A stretch of DNA of 64,000 bases from Octopus sinensis. Taxonomy: Eukaryota. A program made the translations under genes and the position numbers. Position 1 is the stretch's first letter; every line of letters starts with the position of its first letter. This document shows positions 1-11,867 of the stretch, piece by piece. The stretch spans positions 7,688,001 to 7,752,000 of the forward strand of contig NC_043026.1 of the NCBI RefSeq assembly GCF_006345805.1, read 5' to 3'. Under the pieces are notes generated by a model. The model did no database searches and had not been told where the DNA came from. It was given only the letters and a program-made list of their open reading frames with translations.

Positions 1-1227
1 TTGCTTTTTGCTTTTTGAGCCAAAGAATTAACTAACTAACTAACATATATATACACACATACGTTTAGCAACAGAAACCAATAGAATGAGTACCAGGCTT
101 ACAAAGAATAAGTCCTGGGGTTGATTTCTTCAACTAAAAGGTGGTGCTCCAGCATGGCTACAGTCAAAATGACTGAAACAAGTAAAGCAATAAAAAAGAA
201 TATATGTGTGTGTGTACTTGAAATTTACAGAAAACAAAAGTCAAAGACAGGTGAGGGAACGACAGGTGTAATAATTTGATGGCATAATTGATAAATAAAC
301 TAAATTTTGATTAGTTAATTAGTAGAGTTAATTACTTTTGCTCAAATAGTGGGAAAGAGGCTGGGGAGAGAAACTCAACCACAGCTTCCCACAGTTACCT
401 CCCTTTAATTATATATCTATAATAATAAATGCCAGAACTAATTTGTGTGTGTCAGTGTGTCACATTTTGATCCCACTCTCTCACTACTCAGTGAAACTTC
501 TACACTTCCTCGTGATGGGGTGAGAGTAATAGTAGGCAGAGAGATGGCAGTAGATTGCTGGTCATAATAGTAATGGTATGAGTTGTAGTTGTGATAGAGG
601 CGGAGGCGACAGTGATGATGGTGGAGGTGGTGGTGGTGGTGGTTGTGGTAGTAGCTGAAGCAGTCGGTGATGATGATGTGAAAGACAGTGGTGATGGTGG
701 TGGAGGGGAAGGCAGCGATGTCAAAGGTATAGATGGTAGTGACATCAGAAGTCTGAATGGTGTGTGTATGGCAGTTGCAGTGGCAATGATGGTGGTACAG
801 GTGATGATAATTGTTGAAAATAATCAACAGAGAGAGAGAGAGAGAGAGAGAGAAGTTAGATAGAAAAAAAAAAATTGTGCTGAACCCTGAATGGGAACAC
901 AAAAAAATGTTGTTTATCATGCAGCTTTGCAATAAGTTCCAAGTCGACAAATTATATCATTGTTTTGATAAAAATTGTTCATTGCTTGGAAAATATTGGT
1001 TAACTTTAATAAAATTTAATATGTACTCAATTCATAAAGTGTCATTGTTGGGCCCAAGGCCCATTGAAGAGCCCTCCACAGGAGCTAGCTTAAAAGTCAC
1101 CCAATAGGGTCACTTTTAAGTTAGTATATTATATATATATATTTAGAGAGAGAGAGAGAGAGAGAGAGATTGATTGATATACATGCGTACATACATACAT
1201 ATATATTGTGTGTGTGTATATATATAT

Positions 1228-1963
1228 CATCATCATCATTTAGCATCTGCTTTCCATGCTAGCATGGGTTGGATGGTTCAACTGGGGTCTGGGAAGCCAG
1301 AAGGCTGCACCAGGCCCAGTCTGATCTGGCAGTGTTTCTACGGCTGGATGCCTTTCCTAACACCAACCACTCTGTGAATGTAGTGGGTGCTTTTTACGTG
1401 CCAGACGGGGCTGGCAAACGGCCATGGTTGGATGGTGCTTTTTATGTGCCACCAGCACGGGGGCCAGGCGAGACTGGCAACAGCCACAATCGGATGGTGC
1501 TTTTTACGTACCACCAGCACGAGGGCCAGGCAAGGCTGGCAACAGCCATGATCGGATGGTGCTTTTTATGTGCCACCGGCACTGGTATCACAACTACAAT
1601 TTCCATTAATGTTGATCGATTTCGATTTTCCCTTGCCTCAACAGGTCTTCACAAATAGAGTTTTGTGTCCCAAGAAGGAAAGGTATGCATAAGTGGACTA
1701 GCTACATCCCAGGTAGAGGCCATGGGTTATGGTCTCACTTGTCCTGCCGGGTCTTCTCACACACAGCATACTTCCATAGGTCTCGGTCTCTAGTCATTTC
1801 CTCGGTGAGACCTAAAGTTTGAAGGTCGTGCTTCACCACCTCGTCCCAGGTTTTTTTGGGTCTACCACTTCCACAGGTTCCCTCAACCGCTAGGGTGTGG
1901 CACTTTTTCACACAACTATCTTCATCCATTCTCACCACATGACCATACCAGTGCCTTGTCACA
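1228..1963 (-). mobile_element. RTE-clade LINE 3' end (ORF C-terminus + 3'UTR + (GAT)n tail)
   Basis: WYGHVVRMDED...GRPKKTW...RQDK*; conserved tail GGTTGGTGTTAGGAAAGGCATCCAGCCGTAGAAAC. Confidence 0.9.
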
Positions 1964-2204
1964 TGACCATATATATATATATCACCCCATCGACAAGCCA
2001 AATTATCAGTCATATGATGAGGTTATGATTGACTAGACGCACCCCTTTCCCTATGTTAGAAATCAATATTCAATGTGAAGTTTCCTCAATATTCATATTT
2101 CTAGGGATCCAGCACTTATGTGCTGATCTCTTCTTAAATCACTTAAATGTTGCTTAACCCTGCTCTAAGATGGAATTTCATAAACATAAAATATTTTCCA
2201 ATTT

Positions 2205-2457
2205 GTTTGAATATTTGCTACTACCACCGAGATCTGCACCCGCGGTCGGCTTCACCTGGGCTCACACCCGCAGCTTCCATGCATGCTGCGGCACCCTCCT
2301 ACTTGACCGGACATTGGAAAGTCACCTCGCCGGCGATCGCGCAACCTGTTGCCCGGCCAGTCTGGCATCGGTCGCTCACTCCAGTGCTATCCATTTTCGG
2401 GGCTGGTCGATTCGGCAGGTAAGTTGTTACACACTCCCGAGTGGATTCCGACTTCCA
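2205..2457 (-). pseudogene. Dispersed 28S rRNA fragment
   Basis: Reverse complement reads TGGAAGTCGGAATCC...GAGTGTGTAACAACTTACCTGCCGAATC...AAAATGGATAGCACTGGAG...GTAGGAGGG...GTGCAGATCTCGGTGGTAGTAGCAAATATTCAAAC, matching conserved eukaryotic LSU rRNA (GTPase-associated centre plus the following expansion segment). Confidence 0.9.
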
Positions 2458-4152
2458 ATTCACTTTTATATTATGTAGGAGACATGAGTTTGGATGCTCC
2501 ACTGTACAGAATTCCATGTTATGGCTTGATTATGGAGACAGTGGGAGTTGAACTCAAAATGTGGACGGTTGTAACTAAACTCAGCAAAGCATCTTAGCCA
2601 GCACCTCCAACTCTGCCCTCCACCAACACAAGGGCAGTGAGCAGGAGATTTAATGAAGCTCTGGAGCCACACTTAAGACCAGGGCCCTTTTGTAGACAGA
2701 AACATCCTGCACCAGATCTGGTGGACTCACAGACACACCCCAGCCCCTCTCTTTCTCTCTCTCTGCTACTATGATGGTCTCTTATATGCCCCCCTATGTC
2801 TGGTCTCTTCCACCCCCACCTCACAGCCCACCTCTTACATTATTACATCATCAACTTCATCACTAAGGGTCAAGTGTTTCCCTACCTCTGATCAACCCTC
2901 TAAAAATAGTAAGTAAATTTCCCTCAAATCACATGCTAACGGCTTTAAAAAAATGCGGTGGGGGGAGGAGATATTGGATTATGTAGTCTGAGATAAACTA
3001 ATCCTTCATGAAAGATGGGATGGTTACATCCAGATACCTCTTGGATCATAGGGTTGTTGGTGTTGTGGTAGGTGGTGGTGGTGGTGGTGGTGGTAACAGT
3101 GGTGTTAACTTGTGGTGGTATTATTGGTGGCAGAGTGGAGGTGGAATGATAGTGGTGGCGCTGATGGGGAGTAAGGGGAGAAAGACCTATAAATAGCTGT
3201 GATGCTATTTTCAGTGTCTGTCAGATGTTTTGGTGTATTCCAGTCAAAGATATCTTCATCTCACACACATACACACACACTACCTTCACATATACACACA
3301 TGAGCATTAACACATCTACTGACATACACACCTGTCTAACTACGCACACACACACACACACACATATACACTCTACCTACACACACACTTACCTGTACAC
3401 ATCTACCTGCACACACACACTTACCTGTACACATCTACCTGCACACACACATCAGACTAGATCTCATCTCCACTTAACTCCCACCCTCCTAATTAGTCAA
3501 AGAGAAGAGGATAGAGCCACTCCCTTGACCCTTAATATTTTCAGGGCCCACTAAAGTGGAGAGTGGGTGGAGAAGAAGTGATCCTCAAAGCAAAGATTTT
3601 GTTCCAATCCTTCCAACAGAGTGACCCCATAACCAGATGAGGGATTAAGTCTAGAATACAAAGTGAGGCATCAAACACCACAAGATATCTCTAACAATGC
3701 TCTGACCAGGTGCTTTGTTTCACTGACCCTTGGAAGGGATGAAAGGCAGTTTGGTGTCGGTGGGGTTTGATTTCAGAGACAAAAGCTTTAGACAAAAAGA
3801 TGCAAAGCACTTTGTTTCCCAGTGTAAAGTACTGGCCTCAGAGAGATTTGAACTCAGAACATAAACGACCAAAACAAACCATGCAAAACAATCTGTCCTG
3901 CACTTTTCTGCTTCTGCCAATTCCTTCACACCACCACCACCAACAACAACAACAACACCACCACCACAATGACAACACCATCACGGCACCACCACTGCCA
4001 CCAGCACATAAGACCTAACATCAGCAGGTATGCAGCAATGTTGTAACATCTGTGTGGCAGTATTTTTGGCGTGGCTCACCTACTGCTGCTGCTGCTGCAG
4101 TTACAGTGGCTTCTAATGTTTCGCTGTTGATAAATGAATTAAGTAAACCGTT

Positions 4153-4474
4153 GTGAGGGCGCGTGGCTTAGTGGTTAGGGCATTCGGCTCATGATCGTAA
4201 GGTTGTGAGTTCGATTCCCGGCGACGCGTTGTGTCCTTGAGCAAGACACTTTATTTCACGTTGCTCCAGTCCACTCAGCTGGCAAAAATGAGTTGTACTT
4301 GTATTTCAAAGGGTCAGCCTTGTCACTCTCTGTGTCACGCTGATTATCCCCGAGAACTACGTTAAGGGTACACGTGTCTGTGGAATGCTCAGCCATTTGC
4401 ACGTTAATTTCACGAGCAAGCTGTTCCGTTGATCGTATCAGCTGGGACCCTCGTCGTCGTAACCGGCGGAGTCT
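4153..4474 (+). mobile_element. Young tRNA-derived SINE (CORE-like body) with 14-bp TSD
   Basis: A box TGGCTTAGTGG, B box GTTCGATTCC, CORE-like GTCCTTGAGCAAGACACTT; TTAAGTAAACCGTT duplicated at 4139-4152 and 4475-4488; CpGs retained. Older relatives at about 28480-28725 and 44585-44900. Confidence 0.9.
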
Positions 4475-4560
4475 TTAAGTAAACCGTTCAAGTTAGCTGT
4501 GTGTGTGTGAGTGTATACATGTGCGTGTATATACATACATATGTATGTGCATATGTATAA

Positions 4561-4617
<57 letters not shown>

Positions 4618-4644
4618 CACACATATGTATATACCTATATATAT

Positions 4645-5148
4645 TATTTCCATTTGACGGATATTTGTCCTCATCTTTGTAGTTAACACGTTTTGGCTTA
4701 TATACCCTCTAGCCGTCATCAGGTATCTTGTGGAAATTTCAAACCTGGGTTCTCATTCCTAAGGTATTTTTCAATGCTAGGACACAACAACCTCCGAAGC
4801 AGGCCGAGTGCAGATATGAACAGCATATGGGAACCAGTATTTAGGAAGGATAAGAAAATATTAGATTTATAAGCCCTAAAATTCACTCCATAATTGCCCA
4901 CAGGCATATAGCGTAGTGGTTAAGAGCACGGACTACTAACCCCAAGATTCTGAGTTCGATTCCAGGTGGTGACCTGAATAATAGTAATAATAGCATCAAA
5001 AAATACCTTTGGAATGAGAAATTTCCCCAAGACACCTAATGAAGAGTATATCAGCCAAAACGTGTTAACACCAAACAAGAAGAGGACAAATATCAATCAA
5101 ATGTAAATAAAGTACATAATTCCTCATCTCTTAAATATAGAACTGTAA
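4645..5148 (+). mobile_element. Penelope-like element 3' end with inverted 5' piece, tRNA-like cassette and decayed hammerhead
   Basis: 4777-4872 encodes LGHNNLRSRPSADMNSIWEPVF (resembles the PLE GIY-YIG C-terminus); 4903-4975 is tRNA-like; 5000-5148 is the family tail; 4645-4776 is an inverted copy of that tail. Other tails at 23470-23586(-) and 45925-46072. Confidence 0.7.
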
Positions 5149-5190
5149 TACCTATATATGTATATACATATATACATACATATATATACA

Positions 5191-5377
5191 CAGGGTTGGC
5201 CAAAAGTCACCTGACAATAAATCAAAATTATTTAATTCCAAGATTAAAACGTAAAACTATTTTATATGAGACTTTGCTAATAAATAAAAAAATGGTGATG
5301 GTACAGCATTCAATTATTAAATATTTATAATTGGAATGAATAAAATTGAATATTTAGTACTTCGGATGACTTTTGAC
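5191..5377. mobile_element. Tc1/mariner-type MITE remnant
   Basis: Starts CAGGGTTGGCCAAAAGTCACC and has a degenerate inverted end GATGACTTTTGAC; AT-rich interior. Confidence 0.55.
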
Positions 5378-5487
5378 ATATGTGTATATATGAGTTGTGT
5401 GTAATTATGCACGGGTGTTTATGTTTGTTTCAAAATCAAGTTAGCTGTATATGACTATCTGTCTGTCTATCTATCTATCTATCTATC

Positions 5488-5521
<34 letters not shown>

Positions 5522-5742
5522 GATATCACCACCACTATCTTCATCATTTAACATTTGTTTTCCATGATGGAATGTGTTGGATGGTTTGAAATGAACAAAC
5601 AGGCCAGAGGGCTGCACCAAAACCACAATGTCTGCTTTGGTATGGTTTCTACGGCTGGATGCCCTTCTTAATGAGAGGACTGGCTACTTTCTATATGATA
5701 TTGCCATTAGTGAGGTCACCTAGTAACTCCCCAAACAATATG

Positions 5743-6410
5743 AATCACATGACCATACCAGCACAATCTTCTTTTTGTGTACAATACATCTGATGTCTTT
5801 TACTTGCGTGTCTAAGTTCTCTTTCAATTCATTTGCAGTCATACATACACACTGGCACTGAACATCCAGCAGAGCAGGTTGGCCAAATTTCTTTCAAGCC
5901 TTCACATGTTCTCTGCATTCAAAGCCCAAATTTTACAACCACATAGCAAAAGTGAACACACTCTGCTTTTCACTCTGACAGTGAGGCTTTTAGTTACCAA
6001 CAAAGATGACACCTACCTGAACTTTCTCCAACTGGTTCTTATTCTTGCAACTATACTTTCAGAGCATCTTTCTCCACTGTTAATTAGGTTACATAGGTAA
6101 CAAATCCTTCTGGACATTTGAAGAAATGTACTTCCCGTGCATTCGGAACCTGTCTACCACTTCTAAGGATACCCCCCGAGGGAGTCTATTTTTTGTGCAT
6201 TCCTAGTGTTTATTGTTCCTGCACATCTTCCACATGCAAAGACGACTTTCTCTGTTAATCTTCCTGTCATTTCATTCCGTATCTGATATGACCAGAGCTT
6301 TCAATGGCTACATTGTATGGTATTTCTACTTTCATCTTTCCGACATTCTGAGCTGAGAAATCGTCTTGCAAGCGTTAATGATTTGTCTGCTTTCCTGCTT
6401 ACTAGGACTG
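5743..6410 (-). mobile_element. Degraded RTE LINE fragment
   Basis: Residual similarity to the RTE C-terminal region (WYGHVI, AWRKFR-like and FACGRC-like segments). Confidence 0.6.
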
Positions 6411-6426
6411 AAGTATGCATACATAC

Positions 6427-6460
<34 letters not shown>

Positions 6461-6982
6461 GAGTGAGAGAGCAGTTCATGCCATCAAAGTGACACTGGGG
6501 TAAAATATACGAAGCCCAATATACCCATCATGACTACCCGTCTGATAAGGGTACACCAGGCACATGCATCACAACCATATGTGCGTGACATGGTGATCTC
6601 ATATCAATATAAACAGCACATGACCTTGCAGGTGGGGCCCAGTTAGAATTTTCTTCAGATCGAGTAACCCATCCAGCTGAAAAGGTCCTTGAATAAGGGT
6701 TGTTTAAGGATGTTGAAAGAACCACCCATGTTTCCAGAGGTGAATTATTCAAACCCCAAAGAATCCCTCAACACATGGCTATGATACTCCCCCACTACTT
6801 CTGCTCGTGATCAGAGATGCACATATAGTCAGCCACTAAGGGACATGCTCAACTGGTTACGGTCAAACAACTGACAAGCAAATCTGTGGTTTTGAGCAGA
6901 ATATTTGCTGTAGTCCATCTTTTATACCAAAACAAAACAATGTACATGATAACACTTCCAATCAGTTAAGATCATAAGCCAT
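6461..6982 (-). repeat. ~550-bp interspersed element ending in and flanked by (TAA)n (probable non-LTR 3'UTR), copy A
   Basis: Reverse complement of 7235-7744; third copy at about 9335-9774. Confidence 0.85.
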
Positions 6983-6983
6983 A

Positions 6984-6984
<1 letters not shown>

Positions 6985-7017
<33 letters not shown>

Positions 7018-7200
7018 GGTAATAATATAATAATAATAATAATAATAATAATATAATAATAATAAGAGAAGAAAGAAGAAAGAAGGAAGGAGGAGGAGGA
7101 GGAGGAGGAGGAGGAGGAGGAGGAGGAGGAGGAGGAGGAGGAGAAGAAGAAGAAGAGAAGAAGAAGAAGAAGAAGAAGAAGAAGAAGAAGAAGAAGAAAG
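6985..7200. repeat. Compound microsatellite (TTA)n/(AAT)n/(GGA)n/(AGA)n
   Basis: Direct inspection. Confidence 0.95.
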
Positions 7201-7201
7201 A

Positions 7202-7744
7202 AATGCCCTGATGCAGTACCAGGCAGTGGCTCTCGTGGCTTCTGATCTTAACTGATTGGAAGTGTTATCATGTACATTGTTTTGTCTTGGTATAAAAGAT
7301 GGGCTACAGCAAATATTCTGCTCAGTACCACAGATTTGCTTGTCAGTTGTTTGACCATAACCAGTTGAGCATGTCCCTTAGTGGCTGACGATATGTGCAT
7401 CTCTGATCACAAGCAGAAGTAGTGGGGGAGCATCATAGCTGTGTGTTGAGAGGGATTCTTTGGGGTTTGAATAATTCACCTCTGGAAACATGGGTGTTTC
7501 GCTCAACATCCTTAAACAACCCTTATTCAGGGATCTTTTGAGTGGGATGGGTTACTTGATCAGAAGAAAATTCTAACTGGGCCTCACCTGCAAGGTCATG
7601 TGCTGTTTATCTTGATATGAGATCACCATGTCGCGCACATATGGTTGTGATGCATGTGCCTGGTGTACCCTTATAAGACGGGTAGTCATGATGGGTATAC
7701 TGGGCTTCGTATATTTTACCCCAGTGTCACTGCTCTCTCACTCA
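7202..7744 (+). repeat. Same ~550-bp element, copy B (inverted relative to copy A)
   Basis: Ends CTCTCTCACTC followed by (AAT)n. Confidence 0.85.
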
Positions 7745-7855
7745 ATAATAATAATAACCCTTTGCACTAATGGCACAAGGCCTGAAATTTTATGAAGGGA
7801 CTAGTCGATTATATTGACCCCAGTGCTTCACTGCTGCTTAATTTATCAACTCCAA

Positions 7856-9167
7856 AGCTAAAACCAAAGTCCTAATATGTAGGAAGGCAGGCAAATCACA
7901 AACGCCTTCAGGTAGATGGCCCTGCTCAATCTGTAGAAAAGGCGTAGGTAGAAACTCTATAAGATGCACCAAATGTAAGCTATGGACACATAAGAGGGGC
8001 AGCAATGTCAAAGGAAAGCTAACTAGGAAGATAGTTTTTGTATGTGGCAGATGCTCAGGAGCAATAAACACTGAAAATGTGCAGAGACCAACTTCCGCCA
8101 CATTCCAGGGAGAAAAACTAGAAATAGTTGATAGCTTCTGTTACCTAGGTGACCAAGTCAGTAGTTGGGGTGGGTGTGCTGAAAGTGTAACTGCTAGAGT
8201 AAGAATAGCCTGGGCAAAGTTCAGAGAGCTCTTACCTCTGCTGGTGACAAAAGGCCTCTCGCTCAGAGTAAAAGGCAGACTGTATGACGCATGTGTACGA
8301 ACAGCCATGCTACATGGCAGTGAAACATGGGCCGTGACTGCTGTGGATATGCGTAAGTTCGCAAGAAATGAAGCCAGTATGCTCCGATGGATGTGTAATG
8401 TCAGTGTTCATACTCGATAGAGTGTAAGTACCTTGAGAGAAAAGTTGGACCTAAGAAGCATCAGTTGTGGTGTGCAAGAGAGACGTTTGCGCTGGTATGG
8501 TCATGTGGCGAGAATGGATGAAGATAGTTGTGTGAAAAAGTGCCACACCCTAGCGGTTGAGGGTACCTGTAGAAGTGGTAGACCCAGGAAGACCTGGGAC
8601 GAGGTGGTGAAGCACGACCTTCGAACTTTAGGTCTCACTGAGGAAATGACTAGTGACCAAGACCTTTGGAAGTATGCTGTGCGTGAGAAGACCCGGCAGG
8701 ACAAGTGAGACCATAATCCGTGGCCTCTACCTGGGATGTAGCCAGTCCACTTATGCACTTGGGACACAAAACTCTACTTGTGAAGACCTGTTGAGGCAAG
8801 TGAAAATCAAAATCAAAATTGAAATCGATGAACATCAATGGAAATTGTAGCTGTGATACCAGTGCCGGTGGCATGTAATTGAACCAACCGAACGTGGCCG
8901 TTGCCAGCGCTGCCCTAACTGGCCTCCGTGCTGGTGGCACATAAAAAGCACCATCCGATTGTGGCCGTTTGCCAGCCTCATCTGGCACATAAAAAGCACC
9001 TACTACACTCACGGAGTGGTTGGTGTTAGGAAGGGCATCCAGCCGTAGAAACACTGCCAGATCAGACTGGGCCTGGTGCAGCCTTCTGGCTTCCCAGACC
9101 CCAGTTGAACTGTCCAACCCATGCTAGCATGGAAAGCGGACGTTAAATGATGATGATGATGATGATG
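7856..9167 (+). mobile_element. RTE-clade LINE 3' portion with PHD finger in RT
   Basis: KTKV...CSICRKGVGRNSIRCTKCKLWTHKR...VCGRC...FCYLGD...HGSETW...LRWYGHV...GRPRKTW...RQDK*; internal stop at 8418-8420; 3'UTR and (GAT)n tail. Confidence 0.93.
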
Positions 9168-9842
9168 AAAATGATGAAAGGCAAGTCAACCTCAGTGGAA
9201 TTTGAACTCTGAACATAGTGGCAGACGAAATACCACTAAGCATTTCACTCAGCATGCTAACGATTCTGCCAGCTCACCACCTTAATAAAAATAATAACAA
9301 GTGTTTTATCTAGTTATAAAAGAATGGCTACCACAAACATTCTGCTCAATACCACAGATTTGCTTGTCAGTTACGTGATCTTCAGTTGAATATGTCCCTT
9401 GGTGGTTCAAGATATTTGCATCTCTGATCATGAGAAGAAGTATTGGAGGAGCATTATACCCATGTGTTGAGAGGGTTTCTTTGGGGTTTGAATAATTCAC
9501 CTCTGAAATTATGGGTGTTTCATTCACCATCCTTAAACAACCCTTAGCCTTTTGAGCAGGATGGGCTACTCGACCTGAAGAAAATTCTAACTGGGCCCCA
9601 CTTGCAAGATCATGCACTGGTTACCACGATATGAGATCACCAAGTCATGAACATATGGTTGTGCTACATGTGCCTGGTGTACCCTTATCAGACGCATAGT
9701 CATGATGGGTATACTAGGCTTTGTATATTTGTACCCTAGTGTCACTTTGATGGCATGCATTGCTCTATCACTCAATAATAATAAGAAGAATATATATAAA
9801 AGATATATATACATATATACATACATATACACACACACACAA

Positions 9843-10046
9843 AAGGGTGCTGAAATGTTCCTGGATTTAAGAGTATTGCAAAAAGCTTGGTTGGAGGCCC
9901 AACCTTCTGAGTACTTTTACAGGGCTTGAAGGACCCCTGCAATAAGTGTGTGAATCTGAGAGGGGAATATGTTGAATAAAATCATAATTAACTGATCCAC
10001 CTGTTTTTTCTTTCACCCAAAGCTATGAACTTTGCAGGACACCCTC
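9843..10046. mobile_element. Mariner-type MITE remnant
   Basis: AGGGTGCTGAAATGTTCCTGG versus GAACTTTGCAGGACACCCT degenerate TIRs. Confidence 0.5.
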
Positions 10047-10399
10047 AAATATACGTGTGTGTGTGTGTGTGTGTGTGTAAATATATGTATATGTGTGTAT
10101 ATACATACATACAAACATGCACAGACACATGCACGAATGTATGCAATGCATGTATATAGAATGCCAGCCACAAGTGGAACATCTTCGATCTTAGTTCTGC
10201 TGGATCAGGGCTGAACTGAGGCTAAATAACATAAAACAAAAACAGGCTATGGGCCTGTCTCTCTTCCCTAAATAAATAAGGCCTGAAATTGGAGTGTGCA
10301 ATCAATTACAGAGATTCTGGTGGTTGACTGATGTCTTTACCATATCGACCCAGGAAGCATGAAACACAAATACAATGCCTGTAGGATTTGAATAGTTTG

Positions 10400-11390
10400 A
10401 ATGGAGAAACCTTCCAGAAGATTGCAAAAGTGTATGGAACACCAGACAAGTAGATCAGCCTGCTTAGCCATTCCTACAACAACTCAAGCTGCTGAATTAA
10501 AACAGAGTATGGATACACAGGTTCTTTTAAGATCCTCACTGGAGTAAGACATGGCTGTCTCCTGTCACTTATGTTGTTTATCGATTTTGTTATGCGAAAA
10601 TCAATGGTGGGACTGGCTGTAGGCATAGCATGGACAGCGAAGGACCAGCTAACAGACTTGGATCATGCTGATGACATTGCTCTGTTGGCTGAGAACTGCC
10701 CAACATTACAAGAAATGACAACAAAAATGGAAAGGAAAGCAACAAAGACTGGGTTGAGAATCAGCAGTCGAAAAATGAAGGCAGTGCAAGTTGAAAACAA
10801 GTAGGAAGTGTTCCAGGGAAAGTTGGACGAGAACCAGTTGAAGAAGCTCTAAGCTTCACATATCTGGGAAGCATAGTCACAAGCAATGGCAATGCAAGAG
10901 ACTGGTGTAAGCTGCAGAATTGGCAACACAGTGGCAGTATTTAGAAGACAGACAACACTTTGGTGTAAGAATAAGTATAGAGCTGAAGATCCGTCTCTAC
11001 AAAACAGCAATACTGCCAGTAGTGCTCTATGCAGCTGAGATCTGGGAGATGACAACAGGAATCACCTGCCAACTTGGCGTGTTTCATCAGTGCTACAGCA
11101 GAGAGATCTTAAGAATCACTTATCAAGACAGAGTGACAAATGAAGCCATTCTTGACGCAGCAAGAGTAAAGTCCCTGCATTTGACTATAACCAAATGACA
11201 AATGAGAATGGCCGAACACATACTAAGACTGCCAGAGGAGAGGCTAGCCAAAACAGCCATGGCATAGTATCTTCAAAGAAGACTTGTGCAGACTGAACAT
11301 CACCTGGGAAGAAACACAGATAATTGGTGATTACTGACAGCCCAATGTGCCGCTCAAAGGCACCAATGGACCTAAGAAGCAGCAGAATAT
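10400..11390 (+). mobile_element. Older RTE-clade LINE fragment (second family)
   Basis: GVRHGCLLS, LTDLDHADDIALLAE, FTYLGS, KIRLYKTAILPVVLYAAEIW; several stops and frameshifts. Confidence 0.85.
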
Positions 11391-11867
11391 GCATTATATA
11401 TAGATACATACACACACACACATATCTTTCTCTCTCTCTACATATATATATATATATATAAAAAGCACCACCCGATCGTGGCCGTTTGCCAGCCTCGTCT
11501 TGCACCTGTGCAGGTGGCACGTAAAAAGCACCCACTACACTCACGGAGTGGTTGGTGTTAGGAAGAGCATCCAGCTGTAGAAACACTGCCAGATCAGACT
11601 GGGCCTGGCACAGCCTTCTGGCTTCCCAGACCCCAGTTGAACCATCCAACCCATGCTAGCATGGAAAGCAGACGTTAAACGATGATGATGATGATGATGA
11701 TGATGATATATATATATAATATTAATTAACAGGAGATAGATTCAGCATTAAACCTTTATTGAGTACAACATGTTTCGACTCATCAGTCTGGGTTTCATCA
11801 ATAAACATTTCAACACACTAATCAACTTATATTTACTTGTCCAAATTATATATATATATATATTATA

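Noticed and set aside
438-950. 170-aa His-rich ORF and overlapping ORFs
   Set aside because: Translation of GGT/GAT/GA low-complexity repeats; no domain or splice support.
1385-1575. Regularly spaced ~20-bp repeats resembling a CRISPR array
   Set aside because: Spacers are similar to each other, the array lies inside a LINE 3'UTR, the DNA is eukaryotic and there are no cas genes.
1269-1658. Recurrent 'MDGSTGVWEARRLHQAQSDL' ORF family
   Set aside because: Antisense reading of the RTE 3'UTR repeat, not a gene family.
2147-2517. GC-rich ORFs
   Set aside because: Explained by the 28S rRNA fragment.
4157-4228. tRNA-Met-like gene
   Set aside because: SINE head: continues into the SINE body, is bounded by a TSD and has no proper acceptor stem.
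11767-11786. Hammerhead core CTGATGAGTCGAAACATGTT on the minus strand
   Set aside because: Stem II is only 3 nt and stem I does not pair; at best a remnant.
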